A stretch of 64,000 bases of DNA from positions 6,386,001-6,450,000 of the forward strand of contig NC_043005.1 of assembly GCF_006345805.1 (NCBI RefSeq), given 5' to 3'. Positions 13,455-25,705 of this stretch are shown piece by piece. The DNA comes from Octopus sinensis. Taxonomy: Eukaryota. The notes under the pieces are model-generated. The model made no database searches. It was not told the origin of the DNA and worked only from the letters and a program-made list of their open reading frames with translations. Every line of letters starts with the position of its first letter. Within the stretch, counting starts at the first letter, position 1. A program made the position numbers and the translations under genes.

Positions 13455-14189
13455 CATAATCGTTGCAGTTGCTATATCCGACCGGAAGTTATAAACTGTC
13501 CAAAGAGAGTGGAGGACTTTGGCCTTGATCTTTGACCCGTTACAAAAAGAGGAAGTCTTTGACGATGATGTACGACCGACATAAGAGTGACAGGATGTTT
13601 TCATTGAAATTCAGGTTTTTCTTTTGTTCTCTTTTAGTCACGAGGGAAAACAGTGCGCATGACCATTTACAAGGCCTCCAACACTATTGGGGAGAGGAAG
13701 CCATCCTTAAACCGGAAACCCAGCCGAAATGCTTGCAACGGAATGGACTTCATCCAAGATACCAGGTGGCGGTGTTAAGTCCAACACTTAAATAAACCGT
13801 AGCGAGATTTGGACTCAGAATGCAAAGAACCGGAACAGATATCGCTAGATATCCGGTCTGACGTCCTTACACTTCCGTTACAGGTATTTCAACATGTGTT
13901 CAGAAAGTTTTATACAAATTTAGCTGCAGTACACCAAGCTGTTGAGTGGGATGCGGTGAGGAATAGATTCCAGATAAATCCATCATTAACATCTACTTTT
14001 AATTACATCAGATCAAGTAATTTGTTTCTTATATTCGGATAAATATCGATAAATACTTTCTTAACGGGAAATGGTAACGAATGATATGTACGAAATAGAT
14101 ATGGAGAGTCTTCTTAAGAAGCAGCGAAGTATTTAGCCAGCCAGCTAGATGAATAACGAGATAGAGAGAAAGAGTGGGGAGAGAAATGG

Positions 14190-14219
14190 ATAGACAGACA
14201 GACAGGGAGATAGATAGAC

Positions 14220-14283
<64 letters not shown>

Positions 14284-14284
14284 T

Positions 14285-14327
<43 letters not shown>

Positions 14328-14347
14328 TGATAGATAGATTGATAGAT

Positions 14348-14395
<48 letters not shown>

Positions 14396-14438
14396 GATAG
14401 ATAGATAGATAGATTGATAGATAGATAGATTGATAGAT

Positions 14439-14472
<34 letters not shown>

Positions 14473-14520
14473 CAGACAGATAGAGGGATAGATAGATATA
14501 TAGATAGATAGATAGATAGA
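14190..14520. repeat. (GATA)n microsatellite
   Basis: Direct. Confidence 0.97.
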
Positions 14521-14581
14521 ACCAAATAATGAGTAAGGTGAGAAGATAGGCAGCATAAAGTATCCCTCTCTTTCTCACACG

Positions 14582-14612
<31 letters not shown>

Positions 14613-14933
14613 TAATATATTTATGTATGTGTGTGTGTGTGTAGCGCTAATTAGCAGTAAACAGGCAGGTAAAATATGCGTTGGTGCGAGAAAGTGAAAA
14701 AGAAAAGAACAAAAAAGGTGAGAAGGCAGACGTTGATTGTGTGTATGTGTGTGTGTGTGTAGATAGAGAGAGAGAAGAGAGAGAGAGAGAAAGAGAGAGG
14801 GAGACGGTGGAGAAATCGTGTAAATTCATAAACGCGAATAAAAGTACTCGATGCACGTTTATTCTTTTACTCAAAAGCTGAGCCAACTTGGAAAACAAAC
14901 GTAAAACTCAGAGCAGTGACACTGGCAGGGAAT

Positions 14934-14973
<40 letters not shown>

Positions 14974-15473
14974 GCAGACACACATATCTAATGAAGAAGG
15001 TGATAGAGGCAAAGGATAATAATGATGTGATTTCCACTTTAGGTTGCCAGGACTAAAATAGAACCAAATAGAACTAAATTCCTGAAAGTTTCTGACAGTC
15101 TAACTAGGGCGCTGATAGAGGTCACGCACATCCTTCTCTGATGATACTACACGATCAAGTGTATATGTTCATCTCTACAGGCTGTGTGGGTAGGAAGCTC
15201 GTTCTACAACAACGTGGTTTCGGGTTCGGTTCTACTGCGTACGGCACTGCAGCTTGGGCAAGTTCTACTACAGCCTCGGGTCGACCAATGCTTTGCAAAA
15301 GAATTTGGTAAATGGAAACTGGACTGAAGCATGTCGTGTGTGTATGTGTGTGTGTGTGTGTGAAAGAGAGAGAGAGAGAGAAAGAAAGAAAGAAGAAAGA
15401 AAGAAAAAAGAGGGAGGGAGAGAGAGAGAGCGTGTGTATGTATGTAGGGTATATGTATGTTTATAAGTACATT

Positions 15474-15706
15474 CAGGGTTGGCCAAAAGTCACCCGACAG
15501 TAAATCTTAACCATTTCATTCCAAGATTTATCTGTGTTTAACAACTGAATGAATTTAATAAAAGCATCTAAATATGAAACATCATGAAAATTGTTCAACC
15601 TGAAATCATTCTTGAGTGACACATTTCTTCATTCGCGTCGACAAAGAATTACAGATAGTATTTATGGAATTTTGATTCACTGTCGGTTGACTTTTGGTCA
15701 ACCCTG
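15474..15706. mobile_element. Tc1/mariner-type MITE
   Basis: 28-bp TIRs CAGGGTTGGCCAAAAGTCACCCGACAGT / ACTGTCGGTTGACTTTTGGTCAACCCTG; TA on the right side; no coding sequence. Confidence 0.8.
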
Positions 15707-15712
15707 TATTTA

Positions 15713-16975
15713 CAGGGGTTGAGCAAAATAATGGAAACACCCAGCATCATAGCATCATAATTCTGATATATCTATGAAACCGTCAAAAGCTTGTTTGTTT
15801 TTATGTTTTTTGATTTATTATTAGTGTTGCTTAATATGTTTTGCTAAAATTGCTGTTTCTTTTCAAATATCATTAGAAAAAAGGTAATTAAAATTCATTA
15901 AAATGATAGATCTATTGGACTTTCAAAGAGGTCAGATTGTTGATGCTTGTATGACAGGCACTAGTGTAACGAAAACAACCAAAATGTTTGGTGTATCAAG
16001 AAGTACTGTCTCAAAAGAAATAGCAACCTTTGAGAAAGAGGGAAAAACCTCCTCGTCAAAACAAAATTCCGGAAGAAAACCAAAACTTTCAGATAGGAAC
16101 CATCGGACTCTTACTTGAATTGTTAGAAAGGATCACAAAAGTACAGCTCCCAAAATTACTGCAGAGCTTAATGACCACATCTAGAACCCAGTTTCCACAA
16201 AAAGTTTTCGCCAGGAGCTGCACAAAGTCAGATTTCGTGGGAGGGCTGCAATCAGAAGATCACTACTTTCAAAGACAAACGTTGCAAAGCGTTTAGAGTG
16301 GAATAAAAACCGACAGAATTGGTCCCTGGAGCAGTGGAAGAATGTTATTTTCTTGGACGAGTCATTCTTTACCTTATTTCCGACCACCAGCTGAGTATAA
16401 GAGTGCACACAGCCAAAAGAAGCATTTAACCCAGACTGCCTTCTTCCAACTGTTAAACATGGAGGATCTGTGATGATCGGGGGGAGGGGGCTATATATTG
16501 GAAATCCGCCGGCCCAATGGCTTCCCTTCATGACAGAATTAATAGTCAAGACTATTTAAGCATTTTATCTGATCAAATTCATCCTATGGTCGCGCAATCG
16601 TTTCCAGAGGGAAACGCAATTTTTCAGGGTGATAATGCACCAATTCACACAGCTAAAGTTGTTATTGAATGGCACGAGGAACATTCTAGTGAAGTCGAAT
16701 ATCTTATCTGGCCACCACAGTCCCAAGATCTCAGTATTATTGAACATTTACGGTGCATTTTAGAAAAACAAGTAAGGAGTCGATATCCTCCACCATCATC
16801 ACTACAAGAACTGGAGACTGCTTTGGCTGAAGAATGGACAAAACAATTCAAACTGTGTACGAGTCCATACCTCGTAGAATTAAAGCTGTAATTACTGCCA
16901 CAGGTAGTCCTACTCCATATTAAAATAAATTTGTTTAAAATTTTAAGGTATTTCCATTATTTTGTCCAACCCCTC
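15713..16975 (+). mobile_element. Tc1-family transposon, DD36E (Incomer-like), full length but inactivated
   Basis: 29-bp TIRs (CAGGGGTTGAGCAAAATAATGGAAACACC / GGTATTTCCATTATTTTGTCCAACCCCTC) with TA flanks. HTH region MIDLLDFQRGQIV...GRKPKLS, then FLDES, FQGDNAPIH and WPPQSQDLSIIE, with 36 residues between the second D and E. Stops and frameshifts present. Confidence 0.92.
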
Positions 16976-17974
16976 TATATACACACAAATAAGAGAGATT
17001 TAAATATAAATGTACGATACAATAAATAGACAATATATATATAAATACATTATACATATATACATACATACATATATACATACATATATACATAAATATA
17101 TACATACATACATACAAACATACATACATATATACATACATACATATATATATATATATACATACATACATACATGACATGCTGTATCCTAGAATATATT
17201 TAGATTTTAACCAATTCTGTGATGGAGAGGTGTAAAATGTATGCATACATACATGTGTGCGTGTGCATGCATGTGTGCGTGCGTGTTTGCATGTTATAAT
17301 GAAGCATCTATCTACGCATGATGTCTGAGATGAGAAGGCGGCAGGGGGCCGGGTGGTGGGTAGTCGAACACACGTGTGAGCTCAATGTCCCTGTTACTGC
17401 TTCCGTTAGAATATAACTTTATCTGCAAACAACACCACCACCACCACCACCACCACCCTTACATACCCACCAAATATTACACCCCCCAGCCATCTACCTG
17501 CCCCCCCCCCACCGCATCATCCAATCCTTCCTAGAATTTCCCTCCCACTCATTCACGTTTAAATTCATCCCCTTCACCTTCCTCCCCCGCCTCACGATGC
17601 TTTAAGTCAGGGGTTGTTGTTGTTTTTTTTAATTTTTTCCCCCCTTTCTTTTAAATTTATTTTTGTATCTTTTTTTTCACCGGTTCTCTTTATCTTTGAA
17701 CATGATCCCCTGCTACCAACTACACCACCACCACCACCACCGCTACCATCACTATTATCATTATCACTTTACTACAACCACCACCCGCAGTCACAGTCAC
17801 ACACCACACCTTCCAGCCCCGGGATTTATATATATAACTTCAGCCCTGACGTCTTACTTGATTTCCGAGGAGTCATTTGTAAACATCTCCTTAAATTCAT
17901 AACGCAGGTCTATCTGTTTCTTTCCCCACCTCTCCCTCTTTCTCTTATCTTCATTGTCTTCAGTGTGCTGACAT

Positions 17975-18013
<39 letters not shown>

Positions 18014-18434
18014 AAAGGGGCGATGGAAATGCAGATATGACAATGACAAAGATAAAGGGTGGGGCAAAAACCCCTTCCAGATTTGTCATTCCTGATAAAC
18101 GTTTCAACGCCAAACACACGTTGTGCATCCGTCTGGATCGTGATAGTTACTGTGAAAAAAGAGAACAGAAAAAAAACCCAGTAAACTATTGGCTAGGTGG
18201 ATGTATCGATAACGTCCGTCTAACTTCGCCAGCGCCACGTCAAATGGTTGCATAAAATATAGAGTTTTGAGTCGCATCCTTAGGAATAATTCATCTTATT
18301 AATGAATGGCACCTTCTGTACGTGTTCATATATATATACACGTGTGTGTGCACGCGTATAGTTCAGTTTTCATTATAAATGTTTCGACAACAAACGCACG
18401 GTGTGCATGATGACGACGGAGAAAGAAACGGTGA

Positions 18435-18611
18435 AATATTCTTTTCTATTCTAGGCACAAGGCCCGAAATTTTTGAGGAGGGGGCAGTCGATTTAGATCG
18501 ACTTTAGTACGCAACTGGTACTTAATACATCGACCCCGAAAGGATGAAAGGCAAAGTCAACCCCGCGGAATTTGAACTCAGAACGCAGCGGTAGACGAAA
18601 TACCGCTAAGC
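18435..18611 (-). mobile_element. SINE-A, 5'-truncated
   Basis: Body and short tail match the other copies. Confidence 0.8.
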
Positions 18612-18837
18612 GTAAATGTGAAACAAGGTGGAAAAAAGAGTACTCAAATACCAGAGGTAGAGTAATATGCTTTATTTAAAAGCAGCAGAAATATAACAAA
18701 AGCCGTTCGTCGGACAGTTTTGGTAACAGCGGAGTGGCGTCATTTGAAGGTTAAAACAATGCGAAGCGCATTGTGACCAGCGATGTGTAGCAACATCTGA
18801 TAGCCTGGTCGATCACGGTGATATATATATATACAGG

Positions 18838-19148
18838 GTAAAGATCTCCCTTGGTCATGAATGACCATGAGATTGCACCTAGAAAGTTACTCTCCGAGGT
18901 ACAAGTCGGGGCAAGGTTGTTTACGGAAGACCAGCATACCAGTCTCCCCTCTTCATGCCACTGATGTTATCCAAGATACAGCTTGGCGCCTGTGATGTCG
19001 CAACTCATTTCTACAGCTGAGTGAACTGAAGCAACGTGAAATAAAGTGTCTTGCTCAAGGACACAACACCACAGCCCGGTCCGGGAATCGAATTCACTAC
19101 CTCACGATTGTGAGACCGATGCTCTAACCACTGGGCCATGCGCCCTCA
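18838..19148 (-). mobile_element. SINE-C (tail type 1)
   Basis: Reverse-complement homologue of 54593-54895. Confidence 0.85.
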
Positions 19149-19682
19149 CTCACACACACACACACACATGTACAGAGACAGACAAACAGACAGAGGTACA
19201 TACATAGACGGAGGATGGGGAGATAGGGACAGAGACTAACAGACAGACTGGAGGGAGAGAAAGAGAGAGGGGGAGTATATCAGGCATTGGTTTACATCAT
19301 TTGTAAGAGAAACAAATAAACAGAAGGAAGAAACCACTGAGAGACCAAATGTAAAAGAAACTATCACAATAAACACCGGCTTTTATTTTATTTCCTGTTC
19401 CTCTTTTATAATTCCATGTCTTCATCTTCTACTTCCTCCCTGCTTCATTCACCGCCGTGGCCATCACCTCTAATACTTTCCACCGCTACCAACGCAATCA
19501 CAGTTACCCTCACTCCCCACCACCACCAATATCAACATCAACTCCATCATCACCATCGACGTTACAAATACCAGCCTCCCCCACCACCATCATCATCAAC
19601 ATTGCAAAGACGGTCCTTACCACCGTCTCCACTGACTCCACCACCATCATTAACACCACTCATCCTACTACGATTGCTAATA

Positions 19683-19890
19683 TCCTTTCTACTACAGGCA
19701 CAAGGCCAGCAAGTTCGGGCGAAGGGATGAGTAGATTACATCGACCCCAGTGCATAACTGGTACTTATTTTATCGACCTCGAAAGGATGAGAGGCAAAGT
19801 CGACCTCGGCAGAATTCGAACTCAACGTAAAGACAGACTAAATGCTTCTAAGCATTTTGTCCGTCGCACCAGCGATTCTGCCAGCTCACC
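19683..19890 (-). mobile_element. SINE-A monomer within a CAC/CAT-rich tract
   Basis: Homology to the other copies. Confidence 0.8.
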
Positions 19891-20301
19891 CCCTTCCCAC
19901 CATCATTACTAACATCACCAACAACAGCAGCACCACGACCACCACAGTCGACACTAGCGCCACCACTACTACCATTAACACTAACCATATCACCACTAAC
20001 TCTACTATCACCACAACACTAAACCTACCACCACCCCAAACATCACCTTTCCCACCAACACCTAACCAACAAAGAAGCCTCTATGTGGTCGATCAATGTA
20101 CTAGAAATAACAGTAAAAGTTTCTACAAATTACTCACTACTGTTACTAAAAAAAATACATTACTTAATGTAGTCTTGAAGTCATCATATCTGGAAAAAGA
20201 TGGGGTGACCACGGCTGGAATGCCGTTTCAGAATCAACGAGGTTAAACAACAAAAACGCAAACTTATGAAAAATGTGTCTCAGAAAGGGATTCTCAACCC
20301 G

Positions 20302-20475
20302 ACTTTAAATCGCCCTCAAATCATTACTTTATCTCGCCCTCAGATCATTACTTTAAATCGCCCTCAGATCATTACTTTAAATCGCCCTCAGGTCATTACT
20401 TTAAATCGCCCTCAGATCATTACTTTAAATCGCCCTCAGGTCATTATTTGAAATCGCCTTCAGATCATTACTTAA
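20302..20475. repeat. 24-bp minisatellite (ACTTTAAATCGCCCTCAGATCATT), ~7 copies
   Basis: Directly visible; gives the NRPQIITL periodicity in the ORF track. Confidence 0.95.
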
Positions 20476-21004
20476 TCGACTCAAGAAAAAGGCGTGGGTC
20501 GAAGATATCGAAGTCCTAGATACACTATACCTTAAAAAAAAAGTCTGGTATCAACTTAAATGAGTTTGATCATTAGATATCTGCTCGTGTGAAACCTTCA
20601 GCTACTGAAACTACGTCATTCTGGATGAGCTTAATTTCGTTTCGCTTCTCTTCTCTTTCCTTATTTTGGTTTTCCCCTCTTCTTTCAAACCCCACCATTT
20701 CCGCTTCCTCTTCACACACAGCTATCTATTATCCGCGCCGGAAATTATTAAGAGTTTTATATATATATACGAAGAAAGTATTTCTTAAATCAAAAATTAT
20801 TCATTATAAATACAAGATTTAAAAAAAAAAAGGATATTTAAAATGCCGAAAGCAGATTAACACAAACATCATGGAAGGAAGGTTTCTTTTCTTTTTGTTA
20901 GAAAAAAGAAACATTTTTTTAATATATATATAATTAATCCTTTTAAATTTAAGATAATTTTTCTTTAGGTATTGTGTGACTGCCTCAAGAATTGTTTCTA
21001 TAAA

Positions 21005-21187
21005 CTTGTGTATGTGTGTGTTTATGTATGTATGTGCATGTGTGCATATGTTTATGTGCGTGTGTTTATGTATGTGTGTGTTTATGTATGTGTGTGTGTA
21101 TATAATATATATATAATATATACATATTACATATATATATATTATATATATAATATATACATATTACATATATATATATATATATAT

Positions 21188-21238
<51 letters not shown>

Positions 21239-21255
21239 CACATATATATTATATG

Positions 21256-21308
<53 letters not shown>

Positions 21309-21367
21309 TACACACACACATAAACACATGCATACACACAAAAAACACATGCACATACACAAGTATA

Positions 21368-21427
<60 letters not shown>

Positions 21428-21490
21428 CATATATATATACATACATACATATATATATATATGCATGTAAGTATATATGTATGTATGTTT
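21005..21490. repeat. (TG/TA)n compound microsatellite
   Basis: Direct. Confidence 0.95.
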
Positions 21491-22109
21491 AGTATTTCCT
21501 CAGTGTTTCTGGCGATTCTAGAGAACCACGTAGCGTATCATCTGCCCTTCTTCCAGCATTTTTTATATCTGCATCCAGTTGCACTCGGATCACCCATGGC
21601 GGAGGACGTTGTTCTGCCAACGTGGCGAAACCCGTGTAGGGATCAAATGGTATAAACTGCAGCTTAGGTTTATCACAATCATTCATATCATATCATATCA
21701 CATCTGTGTGTGTGTGTGTGTGTGTGTGTAACCGCTAACATAATATATCAAAGACAACGTTTTGGTATAGTTTGTATCATTTGTACAATGTCACAATATA
21801 ACCTGATATTCAAGATTTGTTGCAGAGCTCCTTGAAATTCATTCCATTATGCATGCATACACACACACACACACATGCATGTATGTATATAACAACTTAT
21901 ATAAACAAATGTATTTATGCGTGTGTATGTGTGTGTGTGTGTGTACTTGTATGTACGTGTGGACAAACATGAGCGTATGTGACTATATACCCATATATCA
22001 TGTGTCTATTTGTGTATTGTTAGTTCAAGGCCATTTCTTCTTCTTCTTCTTCTTCCTCCTCCTTCTCATCATCATCATCATCGCTATTCTTCCAATGCTC
22101 TGAACTTAA

Positions 22110-22700
22110 TTACCTCACTACATGATCTAACATGTGAACTCAATAAAGCCATCCATACAGTTCACAATGGAAAAAAGAAAAAGACAATCAGCTAGCATTC
22201 CTGGATGTATTGATAACACGCACCAAGTATGGATTCAGGACATCCGTATACCACAAGCGACCTTCACTGGACGATACCTTAACTTCAATTCCCACCATCC
22301 ATACATTGTAAAAAAAGGAGTTGCTCAGTGCCTAAAACATCGAGCAAAGAAAATAAGTAGCGATCGTGATACCCGCCACAAAGAAATGATCAAGCTCAAC
22401 AACGATCTGTTAAGCAACAACTACCCCCAAAACATACTATCTACTCCAATTAGGAAGAAAAGAGAGGATGAAACCAATAAACTGTCTACAGTCTGTCTAC
22501 CATATGTGAAAGGCCTCTCTGAAAAGATACAAAAGATATGCGGCCCATATGACATCAGGACAGTATTGAAGAGTAATACAATACTTCGCAGATATCTCCT
22601 TCGGGTAAAACCACCAGCAGAAGAGAATATGACCCAAAACTGCGAATACTCCAGCTCATGCAGCTGTGGTAGATTATACAAAGGCGAAACATTCTGACGA
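22110..22700 (+). mobile_element. Penelope-like retroelement fragment (RT thumb + start of GIY-YIG endonuclease)
   Basis: IKPSIQFTME, TFTGRYLNFNSHHP, LPYVKGLSEKI and CEYSSSCSCGRLYKGET motifs; premature stop. Confidence 0.85.
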
Positions 22701-22909
22701 GGAAGAAGGAGTTACACACCATTCCTAAGTGTGCCCTGAAAGCAATCATACACTACCTAGCAAAATTTCTGTCGGTGGCCCTCTCTACAAGGAAGGGTCG
22801 ATGACTACGAAAAGTAAGACAAAACCAAACTGCGATAAAATGACGAAGTGACAGAGACGTCTCCATAATAACAATTGGATTTATGGCTTAGCCAAAGGAA
22901 TAAGAATTG

Positions 22910-23345
22910 CATTGAGTTTACCATCTGGCGTGAAATGGTGTCATAAGCCAGGACACTCAAGAACAATGTGCTGGTGTGGTGGAGGTGGTGGTTAAAGCGG
23001 TGGAGTAAGCCGGGTGATGGATTAATTCCGCAACTTTGTGTGAAATGCTGCGTGATAAGATAAGGAAGGGCAATCAAGGACCATGTGCTGGTGGGATAGC
23101 AGTGGGGTTAAACTGGACGAGAGATTAAGTTTACCATCCAGTATGAAACGCATCTGCTAAGTAGCCAGACTCAAGGACCACGTGGTGGTGGTTTTGTTAA
23201 ACCAGGCAGCAGATTAAGTCCACAATTCCCCGTCTGAAATGCTCTGTGATAAAGTAGGGCCCCTAAGGATCATGTGCTTGTGGTGGTGGTTGTATTAAAA
23301 TGGCTGATAGATTAAGTCCACCATTCTGTGTGAAATGCTATGATT
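22910..23345. repeat. Degenerate ~100-bp tandem repeat, ~5 copies
   Basis: Recurring AGATTAAGT(C/T)(C/T)AC...GTGAAATGCT...CAAGGACCATGTGCTGGTGG. Confidence 0.7.
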
Positions 23346-23560
23346 ACCTCTAGCAACGCCACCACCATCACCACTAAGGTGACGATGGTATGGTAAGGCC
23401 TCACTCATTATGCTGGATGGTTTTTTATGAGAGGTGGGCAGGTGACGTATGCAGGAATGTTGTGACGGAAGATCCTGTTTAAATCAGATTCGGTCATAAC
23501 CCACTTCCTGGAATTCTGAATACCACACCTCTACAATACATCCATCCGCCGGCACTGCTG

Positions 23561-23596
<36 letters not shown>

Positions 23597-23863
23597 ATTA
23601 CCATCGCCTTCACCACCACCGCCGCAGCCGCCTATTATCCAATTATAATTGCTATGAGTCAAGTCACACCCATCCGTCCCAAAACAGTAACAAGATGAAG
23701 TAAGTACTGAATACACTGAATAAAGCAGAGAGGGTCACGGTTGGAACACCTTCAGGTCATATGTATGTCCTATATGATAACGACTGACCTAGGTATAGAA
23801 CCAGCGAAGACGTGCCTCTACTTGATTGCTCGATCTGTAACTAGCAGCAGCAGCAGTAGCAGC

Positions 23864-23913
<50 letters not shown>

Positions 23914-23954
23914 CAGCAGTAGTACCAGTAGTAGTAGTAGTAGTAGTAGTAGTA

Positions 23955-24164
23955 TCTTTTATCTTTTACTGGCTCAGCCATTAGACTGCGGCCATGCTGG
24001 TGCACCGGCTTGAATAATTTTTAGTCGAATGAATCGATCGCAGTGCTTATTTTTTTAAAGCCTGGTACTTATTCTATCGGTCACATTTGCCGAACCACTG
24101 AGTTATAACAACGTAAACAAAACCAACACCGGTTGTCAAGCGGTGGTGGGGAACAGCGAAACAC

Positions 24165-24225
<61 letters not shown>

Positions 24226-24312
24226 TGGGCTTCTTTCAGTTTCCATCTAGTAAATCCATTCACAAGGTTCCACTCAGTGGAACTGAACCCGGAACCATTT
24301 GGTTGGGAAGCC
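23955..24312 (-). mobile_element. SINE-B, internally deleted
   Basis: Both halves and the internal microsatellite are present. Confidence 0.8.
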
Positions 24313-24329
24313 TGTACTTATTTTCTACA

Positions 24330-25705
24330 CAAAATTTTGCAGAAACACTTTCGAAAGTGTCAATTACGATTATCGCGATAAAATTTAGGAAAATAAGAAG
24401 TTTTGGGAGGAATTCCGAATCAGTCTCGCCCTTCCTGACTTTGTCTCCTCATAAATTTTTTAAATGCATGTTTTAAAATACGTTTTTGAGGTTTCAAGCA
24501 TAGAAATCCGGAAATGAAAAATGTGAAAAATGCTAACGCTACGGAAATTGGTAAAATTGGTAAAGTAGAAGTGGATGACGATGAGCAAAAATTTCTCACG
24601 CAAAACTTTTTTTGGTAAATTTTACTAACATAATTGTAACCAACACCCTCGAAAGTGTATCTCTGCAAAATTCCGTTGAAGGTTACGAGGAAGCAAAACC
24701 AAGGTTGGTGAGAAGGATCTGAAACTCCTCGAATTTTGTTCTAAATTTTATCAGCACAATCGTAATTAACATCTTCGAAAGTATATCTCTGCTAAATTTC
24801 ATCTAAAAATATTCATTTTTAAGCAAGTTATGAGGAAACAAAGTCAAGGAGAAAGGAGGGAGAATGATTCGAAACACCTAAAAAAAATCTTTTCTCTTTC
24901 TCCGTCTGTCTGTCTGTCTCTCTCTCTCTCTGTCTCTCTGTCTCTCCTCTCTCTCTCTAAATTTTATCAGTATAACCGTAATCTACGCCATCAGAAACGT
25001 ATCCCTGCAAAATTTTATGAAAAGAAAAATGTTATGCAATATAAAGAAAGTTAAGTTTGGGGTGGGGGGGAGGATGATCTTAAACTCAACTAAAATTAAT
25101 TTTCTTTTTCCTTAGTTTTATCAACATAATCGTAATTTATACCCTCGAAAACGTATCTCTGCAAAATAAATATTCATTTTTAAGAAAATTATGAAGAAAT
25201 AAAGTCGAGGGGAACGGAGGGAATAAAAGCATCTCTCCCATTCTTTCTTTCTCTCTCTCTCTCTCTCTCTATCTTTCTTTCTTTCTAAATCTTATCCTTA
25301 TAACCATAATCTACACCCCTGAAGACGCATTTCTGCAAAATTTCATTAAAAAAAAAACGAAAACATGAAATTTTACGAAAGTTATGGGAATGATGCAGGA
25401 AAGACCTGAAACTCGCCTAAAATGAATTTTCTTTTGTTCTAAGTTTTGATCAACACAATCCTAATCTACAGCCTCGAATATGTATCTGTGCAAAAAAATA
25501 TTCATTTTTTAGAAAGTTATGAGGTAACAAAGTCAAAAGGTTGGGGGGTCAAGAGAAAATGATTCGAACCCGCCTCTCCAACGAAAAATGTTTTTTCGAA
25601 ACTTAATATAATCATAATCTACATCCTCGAATCGTGTATCTCAGAGCAAATTTTCCTTTTAAAAAAAAATGCATTTCTGATAAAGTTACGAGGAATCCAA
25701 GTTGG
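24330..25705. repeat. Degenerate modular array: 1 inverted + 7 direct copies of a ~60-100-bp module
   Basis: Module TAAATTTTATC...ATCGTAATCTACACCCTCGAAAACGTATCTCTGCAAAA...AAAGTTATGAGG recurs every ~130-210 bp. Confidence 0.75.

Noticed and set aside
13638-13765. Plus-strand acceptor followed by open frames
   Set aside because: Weak donor, no recognisable product, and antisense to the host gene.
20302-23345. CRISPR-like arrays (24-bp and ~100-bp repeats)
   Set aside because: Eukaryotic context, no unique fixed-length spacers and no cas genes.
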